Position numbers and translations under genes: made by a program. This document shows, piece after piece, positions 1 through 8,059 of a stretch of DNA of 64,000 nt; positions within the stretch are counted from its first letter, which is position 1; the number at the start of each line of letters is the position of its first letter. The stretch comes from Verrucomicrobiia bacterium (lineage in GTDB: Bacteria > Verrucomicrobiota > Verrucomicrobiia > Limisphaerales > UBA11358): NCBI GenBank assembly GCA_025451535.1, contig JANWKE010000082.1, positions 14,884 to 78,883 of the forward strand, in the 5' to 3' direction. Under the pieces are notes generated by a model. That model saw nothing but the letters and a program-made list of their open reading frames with translations. It had not been told where the DNA came from and did no database searches.

Positions 1-321
1 ATCACCATCGTGACGCTCATGTTCGCGCTGGCCGGCGTAATGCGTAATGCAGCGGCAGCGAACGCGGGTGATCTTGACGGTCTTTTGCTCAAAATCCCGG
101 CGCTTTCGAGCATATACGAAGACTGGTTCCGCGCTGACACCTACTGGCGCGACGATACGCGGACGATCTATGTGCAGCGGATTCCTCAAGTCATCCGGGA
201 ACTTGCCGATGAAATGACGGCGGCCAAGGGAGCAAAGTTGGTGCAGCAATATCGGTATGCCCCCATATTCGGGGAACTTTACAAACCGATGCCGTTGCAA
301 CAGGAACAGCGAACAACTTGA
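1..321 (+). CDS. 3' end of an ORF truncated by the window edge; product unknown
   Basis: Frame 1 is open from base 1 to TGA at 319-321 (same frame as track ORF 10..321). It is co-oriented with and directly upstream of the ParA-like gene. No motif recognised. Confidence 0.4.
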   Translation: MTIVTLMFALAGVMRNAAAANAGDLDGLLLKIPALSSIYEDWFRADTYWRDDTRTIYVQRIPQVIRELADEMTAAKGAKLVQQYRYAPIFGELYKPMPLQQEQRTT

Positions 322-449
322 AATTGGTTATGAGTGGCCGAAAAGCTTCTTACGGTGACCGACTGGAAATTGCTACCGAATTCGATGCTGACAGCAAGCA
401 ATTCCCCGTCGTCAAGCTCGAACATCCGTAACCCAAACGAACTAAGATC

Positions 450-1502
450 ATGCACAAGACAATTGCATTATTCAATCACAAGGGCGGGGTTAGCAAAACT
501 ACAACTACGTTTAACCTCGGCTGGATGTTGGCTGAGAAAGGCCACCGCGTGGTGATGATAGATACTGATCCACAATGTAATCTCACTGGCTTGGTGTTGG
601 ACTATGACACTTCGCAGGAATTTGATGCTTTCTATTCTCAGCACCCGAACGCGAATCTCAGGACAGCGTTAGCCCCTGCGTTTGAATCACAACCGAAGCC
701 CATTGAAACAGTGGAGTGTGTTGAAGTCAGAGACCGGCCGGGGTTATTCCTTGTTCCTGGTCACGTGAACTTGAGTGAATATGAGGTCACGTTAGGAATC
801 GCGCAAGAACTGTCCGGTTCACTCCAGGCGCTTAAAAATCTTCCAGGAGCGTTTCATTTCTTTGTTGAAAAAGTTGCGACTGCAAACACTGCCGACTACG
901 TACTTGTCGACATGAGCCCGAGCCTTGGTGCGATGAATCAGAACTTCTTGATGACAAGCGACTGCTTTTTGGTGCCAACGGCCCCCGATTACTTCAGCGT
1001 GATGGCAATAGATTCGCTTGCATCTATTCTCCCAAAATGGATCGAGTGGGCGAAGAAGGCCGCAGAAGCTGAAACGCTCAAGTCGGCAAGTTACCCTTTT
1101 CCCAAGCCTGGTTTGAAATTCCTTGGCACAGTCATTCAACGATATCGCCCGAGAAAAGGGAAAGCCGCGGCAGGATTTCAGACTTGGATTGACCAAATCA
1201 ATGCGAGAGTCAGAGATCGTTTTGTGCCTGCATTAACAAGATACGGCGGCACATTCTTGCCGGCGACCTATAAAGCGGCTGGCATTGATCCCCAAGCTGG
1301 CTATTGTCTTGCCGAGATTGCTGACTTCAATTCTCTCATTACGGCGTCACAAAACCACCAGACTCCAGTCTTCGCACTTACAGAAACCATGCTTGGCCAT
1401 GTTGGCACGGTGTTGACTCAAGATATTGAGAATCGCGACAGATTTAGAAAGACTTTCGACGAATTGGCCGACCGAGTAGTCGCACTGTCTAAACATGCGT
1501 AG
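450..1502 (+). CDS. ParA/Soj-family P-loop ATPase with a C-terminal extension (350 aa)
   Basis: Deviant Walker A FNHKGGVSKTTTTFNLG, DTDPQCNLT, and VLVDMSPSLG...FLVPTAPDYFS. ATG at 450. The stop TAG at 1500-1502 overlaps the next start. Many A/T-ending and rare codons (TTA, AGA, ATA), unlike the flanking chromosome. Confidence 0.85.
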   Translation: MHKTIALFNHKGGVSKTTTTFNLGWMLAEKGHRVVMIDTDPQCNLTGLVLDYDTSQEFDAFYSQHPNANLRTALAPAFESQPKPIETVECVEVRDRPGLFLVPGHVNLSEYEVTLGIAQELSGSLQALKNLPGAFHFFVEKVATANTADYVLVDMSPSLGAMNQNFLMTSDCFLVPTAPDYFSVMAIDSLASILPKWIEWAKKAAEAETLKSASYPFPKPGLKFLGTVIQRYRPRKGKAAAGFQTWIDQINARVRDRFVPALTRYGGTFLPATYKAAGIDPQAGYCLAEIADFNSLITASQNHQTPVFALTETMLGHVGTVLTQDIENRDRFRKTFDELADRVVALSKHA

Positions 1503-2097
1503 CGCTCTGCAACAGTTTCAAGAAAACCTGTTAAGGGCACGCGAACTGGGCAACTTGGCTGTAGCCGTAACGCAGATAGCCACTTCTGCGATAGATGTCA
1601 GCGACATGTGGCGGGCACAGATCGTCCTGGGGGTGAGCGCGCTCGACCATTTGATTCACGAAATGGCGCGGCTTGGCATGATCGAGTGCGCCGAAGGAAC
1701 AAGGCCCAAGACCGACGCTTTCTCTAAATTTCAACTGCCAATCCACGCGGTTGAACGCGGTTTTAGTGGCCAAGCACATGAACAGTGGCTGGGTGAGGCC
1801 GTGCGCGAAAAGCATTCGTGGTTAAGTTTTCAGCATCCTGACAAGCTCGCTGACGCGATTCGGCTCATTTCCCCAGTGAAGCTCTGGGAAGAAGTTAGCA
1901 AGGAATTAGCATTGCCAGCGAAAGACGTAAAGGTTCGCCTCCAACTGATTGTTGAACGAAGGAATAAGATAGCACACGAGGCTGACATGGATCCAACCAA
2001 TCCGGGGTTTCGTTGGCCCATAAACGGCGCTCTAGCTCAGGACACTCTCGACTTTCTTGACAAAATTGCGCAAGCGGTCTTTAAAGTAGCTTCCTGA
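1495..2097 (+). CDS. HEPN-superfamily-like protein (RNxxxH motif), 200 aa, predicted all-helical
   Basis: ERRNKIAHE contains R156-N-K-I-A-H161 (Rx4H with the typical polar N after R) near the C-terminus (nt 1960-1977). The start shares an 8-nt overlap, ATGCGTAG, with the ParA-like gene. The family assignment is an inference, not a search result. Confidence 0.55.
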   Translation: MRSALQQFQENLLRARELGNLAVAVTQIATSAIDVSDMWRAQIVLGVSALDHLIHEMARLGMIECAEGTRPKTDAFSKFQLPIHAVERGFSGQAHEQWLGEAVREKHSWLSFQHPDKLADAIRLISPVKLWEEVSKELALPAKDVKVRLQLIVERRNKIAHEADMDPTNPGFRWPINGALAQDTLDFLDKIAQAVFKVAS

Positions 2098-2119
2098 ACA
2101 AACCAAATAAGCGGTCCGT

Positions 2120-5100
2120 ATGCCTATCGTTCACGATCAGCTTTCGGAACAGTTCTACCGCTGGGAACAGCGCGGACGCGGCTGGCGGGTATATGGCGAG
2201 TCAGTGTATCCTGAACCACCATTCGCTCCATTTGATGGCCATTATCAGCCGGAAGTGCGGGCCATTGACGACGGACGCAGGCCGACGCTTTTAAGCTCGC
2301 TGTTTCGCAAATTGGTCGGCAGCCGACCAGAGGGCACGCCAGCGGCACCTGAACCTGAAGAAGAACCGCAACCGACGCCGCTTGTTCGCGAATCGTCGGT
2401 TGAATTTCAGGCTTCCCTGCCGGAGAAACTCGACGTTGCACAAGAAGCGTTCGAGCAGTTCCTTTTGAATCTATCCTTATGCCGCGAACCTATCTCCTTT
2501 GAATTGCTCGGTATCCACAAGAAGGTGACGGCTCAATTTGCCGCCGCTTCAAGCGATGCCCCGCTGTTGCGCCGCCAGTTGCAGGCGTTCTTTCCCGAAG
2601 CGGTGTTCGTTCCGCATGGTGGCGCGTTGGAAAAGGCATGGGAAAAATCAGAGGGCGACGAGGTGCTGGCGGTGGAATTCGGCCTTGGCCGTGAATTCAT
2701 GCTGCCGCTTCAAAGCGGCAAGATTGATCCGTTCATCGGCATCGTCAGTGCTTTGTCTGAATTGCAGTGTGGCGAGCTTGGCCTGTTTCAAGTCCTCTGG
2801 CAGCCGGTGCAGAACCGCTGGGCCGAAAGCATCATCGCCTCCGTAACGCACGAAGACGGCAAGCCGTTTTTCGCCAACCAGCCCGAATTGACCAGCGCAG
2901 CAGAGGACAAAATCGCAAGTCCCCTGTTTGCCTCCGTGGTGCGTATCCTCGTTCGTGCCGGTGACTTTGAACGGCTATTGCAACTGGGCCGTGACATGGC
3001 CGGTTCATTGCGCGTGTTTACCCATCCGAACGGTAACGAACTCATCCCGCTTCAAAACGACGACTACCCTTTTGAAGAACACATCGGAGACGTGTTACGG
3101 AGACAATCGCGACGGACAGGTATGTTGCTCAACGCCGACGAGCTCATCGGCTTTGTTCATTTACCTGGCAGCGCCGTACGTTCGCCGGTCTTTACGCGGC
3201 AGACTGGCAAGACCAAATCAGCACCGGCGATTGTGCGACAGAGCCAAGGTCTGTTGCTGGGCACCAACGAGCACGCTGGAGAGACCGTTGAAGTGCGGTT
3301 GTCCGCCGAACAGCGCGTGCGTCATTGCCACATCATAGGAGCAAGTGGCACCGGCAAGAGCACGCTGCTTTTCAACCTAATAAAGCAGGACATTGATAAC
3401 GGTGAGGGCGTGGCCGTGCTCGATCCGCACGGCGATTTAATTGACCGGATTTTGGGTGTCATTCCGCCGGAGCGGATTGGCGACGTGGTTTTGGTTGACC
3501 CGGCCGACGAGCAGTATTCGGTTGGGTTCAACATCCTGTCGGCCCACAGCGAGCTTGAGAAGAATTTGCTGGCCTCTGACCTGGTAGCCGTGTTCCAGCG
3601 GTTGAGCACATCGTGGGGGGATCAAATGAACAGCGTTTTGCAGAACGCCATCCTTGCGTTTCTGGAAAGCGACCGACGCGGCACGATTGCCGATCTGCAA
3701 CGCTTCTTGATTGAACCGGCCTTTCGAAATGAATTCCTGAAATCCGTCCGCGATTCCCAGGTGGTGTATTACTGGCAGAAGAGCTTTTCGCATCTCTCCG
3801 GCGGCAAATCTATCGGCTCGATTTTGACCCGGCTGGATGGGTTCCTTTCCAAGAAGCCCATCCGTTACATGGTCTCGCAGCCGGAGAACCGGCTGGATTT
3901 CGCGCATATCATGGACAGCGGCAAAATCTTTCTGGCCAAGCTGCCGGAGGGACTATTGGGCCGGGAAAATTCGCATCTTTTGGGCACGGTGCTGGTGTCG
4001 AAGTTCCAGCAGATTGCCATGAGCCGGCAGGCGCAGCAGGTGGCCGCCCGCAGGGACTATTGGATTTATGCCGATGAGTTCGCCAATTTCATCACGCCGA
4101 GCATGGCGGAGATATTGTCCGGCGCGCGAAAGTATCGCATTGGGCTCACGCTGGCGCACCACGAATTGCAGCAATTGCAGCGCAGCCCGGAAGTAGCGAG
4201 CGCTGTCTTGACGCATCCTTGCACACGGATCGTGTTTCGGGTCGGCGATGACGACGCAAAAAAGCTGGCCGAGGGTTTTTCCTTCTTTGAAGCTAAGGAT
4301 CTGCGGAATCTGGAAACCGGGCAGGCGCTGTGCCGGGTTGAACGCAGTGATTTTGATTTCAACCTGACTGTCCCGCTTCCCGCCGAGCCGGACGCAGGTG
4401 CGACGGCGGCGAGGCGGCAGGAAGTGATTACGTGTTCGGTAAAGAAATACGGCACGGCTCGAGCGGACATTGAGGCGATGCTGGCAAAGTCAAGGACACC
4501 ACCGGAGGGACCGCTGCCTTCCCCACCGACAGAACCAGTCAAGCCGAAGCCGCCAACGCCCCTGGCCCCCGTGGCACCGGTTGTTTCAGAACCGCCGCAG
4601 GCTGCGGAAGCGCCGAAAGTTGTCGAAGTTCCGAAAGCTACGGGTTCGGAAAAGAATATCGCCGAGCCACCGCGCGATTTAGGCCGGGGAGGGGCGCAGC
4701 ACACAACCATTCAGCAGCGAATCCAGACCGAAGCTCGCGTCCTTGGATTCATGTCCGAAGTGGAACGGAAATTGACGGACAAGTCTATGCAAGCCGCTGA
4801 CTTGATCTTGCGCAAAGGCGACCTCGCCATAGCCGTGGAAATCGGCGTTACCACCACTACCGACCATGAATTCGGCAACGTGAAGAAGTGCTTGGCGGCG
4901 GGATATACCCGTGTCGCCGTCATATCCCCAGGTAGAGAGCGTCTAAAGGCGATTGCGGAGGCGGTTCAGGCCGGGCTTGGTTCGGAAGCGACAGCCAAGG
5001 TCAGCTATCACACACCGGATGATTTCATTGCCGAGCTTCGGAAACTGGCGCCGAAAATCAAGAACCAGGCTCTGCCGCAGACTCCCGGTGAGCGCATGAC

Positions 5101-5212
5101 GCTCGGATACAAAGTCCGCACGCATGGCCCGGCGCTTTCCCTGGACGAGCAGAAGGCCAAAGAGGAAATCGCGGTCAAGATGATGGCCGAGGCCATGAAA
5201 CGGAAATCATGA
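2120..5212 (+). CDS. Large HerA/FtsK/TraD(T4CP)-like P-loop NTPase (1030 aa) with an unknown N-terminal domain, a Pro-rich linker and a C-terminal PD-(D/E)xK-like domain
   Basis: Walker A HIIGASGTGKSTLLFN (nt about 3338-3364), VLDPHGDL, Walker B-like WIYADEFANF, and KYRIGLTLAHHELQQL. No N-terminal TM segments. Linker PPEGPLPSPPTEPVKPKPPTPLAPVAPVVSEPPQAAEAP. C-terminal GGAQHTTIQQRIQTEARVLGFMSEVE...AADLIL...AIAVEIGVT...NVKKCLAAGY. Confidence 0.7.
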   Translation: MPIVHDQLSEQFYRWEQRGRGWRVYGESVYPEPPFAPFDGHYQPEVRAIDDGRRPTLLSSLFRKLVGSRPEGTPAAPEPEEEPQPTPLVRESSVEFQASLPEKLDVAQEAFEQFLLNLSLCREPISFELLGIHKKVTAQFAAASSDAPLLRRQLQAFFPEAVFVPHGGALEKAWEKSEGDEVLAVEFGLGREFMLPLQSGKIDPFIGIVSALSELQCGELGLFQVLWQPVQNRWAESIIASVTHEDGKPFFANQPELTSAAEDKIASPLFASVVRILVRAGDFERLLQLGRDMAGSLRVFTHPNGNELIPLQNDDYPFEEHIGDVLRRQSRRTGMLLNADELIGFVHLPGSAVRSPVFTRQTGKTKSAPAIVRQSQGLLLGTNEHAGETVEVRLSAEQRVRHCHIIGASGTGKSTLLFNLIKQDIDNGEGVAVLDPHGDLIDRILGVIPPERIGDVVLVDPADEQYSVGFNILSAHSELEKNLLASDLVAVFQRLSTSWGDQMNSVLQNAILAFLESDRRGTIADLQRFLIEPAFRNEFLKSVRDSQVVYYWQKSFSHLSGGKSIGSILTRLDGFLSKKPIRYMVSQPENRLDFAHIMDSGKIFLAKLPEGLLGRENSHLLGTVLVSKFQQIAMSRQAQQVAARRDYWIYADEFANFITPSMAEILSGARKYRIGLTLAHHELQQLQRSPEVASAVLTHPCTRIVFRVGDDDAKKLAEGFSFFEAKDLRNLETGQALCRVERSDFDFNLTVPLPAEPDAGATAARRQEVITCSVKKYGTARADIEAMLAKSRTPPEGPLPSPPTEPVKPKPPTPLAPVAPVVSEPPQAAEAPKVVEVPKATGSEKNIAEPPRDLGRGGAQHTTIQQRIQTEARVLGFMSEVERKLTDKSMQAADLILRKGDLAIAVEIGVTTTTDHEFGNVKKCLAAGYTRVAVISPGRERLKAIAEAVQAGLGSEATAKVSYHTPDDFIAELRKLAPKIKNQALPQTPGERMTLGYKVRTHGPALSLDEQKAKEEIAVKMMAEAMKRKS

Positions 5213-5461
5213 TCATGTCCGGCTTTGGAGGATATACACCGGCCCGGTGACGCGATACGGCGAACAGCTTTCGATGATGCGGATGCGCAGCTTGGTCAGG
5301 CTTTGTTCGGGGGTTTCCTCGGCTAGTTGCACAGAAGGCCGGGCGACTCCGAGCTTCCGGGCGATTTCGGCCTTGGTCATGCCCGACTTGATGCGGAAAT
5401 GCTTGGCCATCGCAGCCAATTCGCTTTCGACAACGATGTCACGTTTCGACATGGTTGGCAT
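5213..5461 (-). CDS. XRE-family helix-turn-helix transcriptional regulator (82 aa)
   Basis: GMTKAEIARKLGVARPSVQLAE is a typical HTH_3 core. It is divergent from the recombinase gene. Its stop abuts the stop of the 1030-aa gene with zero spacer. Confidence 0.75.
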   Translation of the reverse strand: MPTMSKRDIVVESELAAMAKHFRIKSGMTKAEIARKLGVARPSVQLAEETPEQSLTKLRIRIIESCSPYRVTGPVYILQSRT

Positions 5462-5534
5462 GGTGAAAGAAAGTTAGGTAAAGAGCAAACTTTTATCTTG
5501 AACTGGTTTTGTATTTTTGATATGAACTCGTGGT

Positions 5535-7025
5535 ATGAAGGAAAATAGTGCCTTGAACAAACCGGTTGGCATCTGGATTCGGGTTTCGACCGAGGACCAG
5601 GCGAAGGGCGAAAGCCCGGAACACCACGAGGAACGCGCCAGGAGCTACGCCAAGAGCAAGGGCTGGCAGGTCAAGGAGGTCTATGACTTGGCCGGGCAGA
5701 CCGGCAAGGCCGTCATGCAGCACCCGGAGGCCAAACGCATGATGAAGGACATCGAACGCGGACACATCACCGGCTTGGTATTCTCCAAATTGGCCCGCCT
5801 GTCCCGCAACCGGCGCGAACTGGAGGACTTCTCAGACTTCTTCAACAAGCATCATGCCGACCTTATTTCACTCTCCGAAGCCATTGACACCAGCACTGCC
5901 GGAGGCCGGATGTTCTTTCATCTCTTGGGTGTATTTGCCCAATGGGAACGCGAGGAGATCACCGAGCGCGTCAATGCCTCCGTATTGACCCGCGCCAAAC
6001 TCGGCAAATCCATCAATGGCACTTCCCCGTACGGCTATGTCTGGAAAGACCGCAAATTGATCGTCCGGCCGGAGGAAGCTGCTGTGCGGCGCAAAGCCTA
6101 CGAACTGTTTCTGCAGTTCCGGCGAAAGGGGCAGGTCGCCCAGCATTTAAACGCCGCCGGATACCGCACCCGCAATGGGAACATCTGGCGGGACACCTCG
6201 ATTCTGCGCCTCTTGAACGAATCCAGCGCCAAAGGCGTGTATGTGTTCAATACCATGCGCTTGACCGGGACATGGCGCACCGAAACGAAGCCCGAAAGCG
6301 AATGGGGCCGGGCCGAATGCCCGCCCATCGTTTCCGAAGAACTATGGAATCAGGTGAACCAGATCATTGAGGAACAGTTGAAGTCATGGAAAAAGCCCGG
6401 CAAACCGCCCGTTCACCTGTTCAGCGGCTTAGCCCATTGTTCGTGCGGCCACAGGATGTATGTTGCCGCCAACAGCCCGAAATACTTCTGCCGCAAATGC
6501 CGCAACAAGATACCCATCACCGACCTTGAGAACATCGCCAGAAATGAGCTAAAAGTCTTTTTCGGTGAGCCCAAGCGGATAGCTGGCCATCTGCGGCAAG
6601 CTGACCGCAATCTGGCCGAGAAATCCGCCTTGCTCGACGCCCACAGGCGGGAGATGCAGAAGGTCAAAGAGGATATGCACCATACGCATCAGTTGTATTT
6701 GAAACATCAGATTTCCGGCGATGGTTTCCGCGACCTCTTCACGCCCGCCGAGGAACGGATGAAGCAGTTGCAGGCCGAACTGCCCAGGCTGGAAGCCGAT
6801 GTGGATTTCCTTAAAGTCAACAAGCTGTCCACCGATGACGTGCTTCACGAAGCCGCCACGCTCCATGACCGCTGGCCGAAATTGCCGTTTGACGACAAGC
6901 GAAAAGTCGTCGAAGCCCTCATCGAAAAGATCGTCATCGGCAACGGTGAAATAGACATAACCTTCTCGCACCTGCCATCTTCTGAAGAACTATGCAAAAA
7001 CCAGCAGAGGTTAGGGCCGGGGTGA
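5535..7025 (+). CDS. Large serine recombinase (resolvase/invertase N-domain + recombinase domain + zinc ribbon + coiled coil)
   Basis: VGIWIRVSTEDQ (catalytic Ser), GLVFSKLARLSRN, GGRMFFHLLGVFAQWEREEITERV, YGY...G, CSCGHRMY...FCRKCRNK, and a long C-terminal coiled coil. Confidence 0.9.
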   Translation: MKENSALNKPVGIWIRVSTEDQAKGESPEHHEERARSYAKSKGWQVKEVYDLAGQTGKAVMQHPEAKRMMKDIERGHITGLVFSKLARLSRNRRELEDFSDFFNKHHADLISLSEAIDTSTAGGRMFFHLLGVFAQWEREEITERVNASVLTRAKLGKSINGTSPYGYVWKDRKLIVRPEEAAVRRKAYELFLQFRRKGQVAQHLNAAGYRTRNGNIWRDTSILRLLNESSAKGVYVFNTMRLTGTWRTETKPESEWGRAECPPIVSEELWNQVNQIIEEQLKSWKKPGKPPVHLFSGLAHCSCGHRMYVAANSPKYFCRKCRNKIPITDLENIARNELKVFFGEPKRIAGHLRQADRNLAEKSALLDAHRREMQKVKEDMHHTHQLYLKHQISGDGFRDLFTPAEERMKQLQAELPRLEADVDFLKVNKLSTDDVLHEAATLHDRWPKLPFDDKRKVVEALIEKIVIGNGEIDITFSHLPSSEELCKNQQRLGPG

Positions 7026-7072
7026 GGACGGTCGTTCAAACCATTCTTGTTTTCGGATTGACGACTGACTAC

Positions 7073-7972
7073 TTAAAATCTCGTCAGCTTTTCCAGTTCC
7101 TTCACGCGCCGATCGATTTGGGCAAGTTTGGTTTTGGTGGTGCGCGTCAGGCCGAAACCTTCGCAGCAGAACGACGCGGTGACGCTGCCGTAAATCATCG
7201 CGCGCCGGAGATTATCCTCAATCGAACCCTTCGCCGCCGCGAGCCGGCCCATCATGCCGCCCACGAACGAATCGCCTGCGCCGGTCGGGTCCACGACCTT
7301 GGACAGCGGGTACGCCGGACAGATGAAATAGCCGCGTGGACCGGACAAAATCGAGCCGTGCGAGCCTTTTTTGATGATGACGTATTTCGGCCCCAGCTTG
7401 TGGATTTTCTTCAGCGCGGTGAAGAGGTTGTCCTCTTTGGTCAACTGGTGCGCCTCGCTGTCGTTGAGCACGAAGCCGTCAAGGCGCTTGAGCAGCTTCA
7501 GCAAGTCCGGCAGCGCGATGTTCAGCCACAAATCCATCGTGTCGGCCACGACGAATTTCGGGCGGCGCATCTGGTCGAGCACGTGACTCTGGAGCGCGGG
7601 CGCGATGTTCGCCAGCAGGACGAATTGGGAGTCCCGGTGCGGTTCCGGCAGTGTGGGCGTGAAGGTCTCGAACACGCCGAGCTCGGTCAGCAGTGTGCGC
7701 CGGTTGTTCATGTTCACCTCGTATTCACCGGACCAATGGAAAGTTTTGCCGGGAAGAATCTGCAGACCTTCGAGGTCAATTTTGTGCCGGCGATAAAGCT
7801 CGAGGTATTTTTTGGGGAAATCCTCGCCGACCACGCCGACCAGTTTTACCGGGCTGAAAAAGCTCGCGGCGACGGCGGCGTGGCTGGCCGAGCCGCCCAG
7901 CAGCCGCGGGTTCTCGGCCCTGGGTGTTTTGATGGAATCCAGCGCGGTGGAACCGACGATGAGAACGCTCAT
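7073..7972 (-). CDS. PfkB-family carbohydrate/nucleoside kinase
   Basis: MSVLIVGSTALD..., LLGGSASHAA, and DPTGAGDSFVGGMMG (ribokinase-family signature). The start was chosen at the internal ATG (7972) because the longer ORF runs into a repeat element. Confidence 0.85.
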   Translation of the reverse strand: MSVLIVGSTALDSIKTPRAENPRLLGGSASHAAVAASFFSPVKLVGVVGEDFPKKYLELYRRHKIDLEGLQILPGKTFHWSGEYEVNMNNRRTLLTELGVFETFTPTLPEPHRDSQFVLLANIAPALQSHVLDQMRRPKFVVADTMDLWLNIALPDLLKLLKRLDGFVLNDSEAHQLTKEDNLFTALKKIHKLGPKYVIIKKGSHGSILSGPRGYFICPAYPLSKVVDPTGAGDSFVGGMMGRLAAAKGSIEDNLRRAMIYGSVTASFCCEGFGLTRTTKTKLAQIDRRVKELEKLTRF

Positions 7973-7986
7973 GTTATTTTGTGAAT

Positions 7987-8055
7987 TGTAGCGGCGCTCA
8001 GTGAGCGCCGGTAATTTATTTTTACGAACTGCGACGATCATAGACCGCCGCTACA
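7987..8055. repeat. 69-bp miniature element with a perfect 10-bp inverted terminus (GTAGCGSC-terminus family)
   Basis: TGTAGCGGCG (7987-7996) / CGCCGCTACA (8046-8055). Inner hairpin GGCGCTC-agt-GAGCGCC. 8038-8055 TCATAGACCGCCGCTACA matches 47781-47798 at 17/18 nt. Confidence 0.7.
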
Positions 8056-8059
8056 GTTT

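Larger units (their letters stand above)
1..7072. mobile_element. Right-hand portion of an integrated element (serine-recombinase island); left end lies outside the window
   Basis: The recombinase and XRE regulator sit at the edge, and the cargo genes at 450-2100 have atypical codon usage. Ordinary housekeeping genes start at 7073. The right boundary is placed only approximately, in the 47-bp spacer 7026-7072. Confidence 0.55.

Noticed and set aside
4066-4710. 214-aa minus-strand ORF rich in Gly/Ser/Ala
   Set aside because: It is the antisense reading of the Pro/Ala-rich linker of the 1030-aa NTPase. This is a compositional artefact.
6992-7984. 330-aa plus-strand ORF
   Set aside because: It is fully antisense to the well-supported pfkB-family kinase. 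It has an Arg/Gly/His/Val-rich composition typical of antisense frames in GC-rich DNA, and I recognised no motif.
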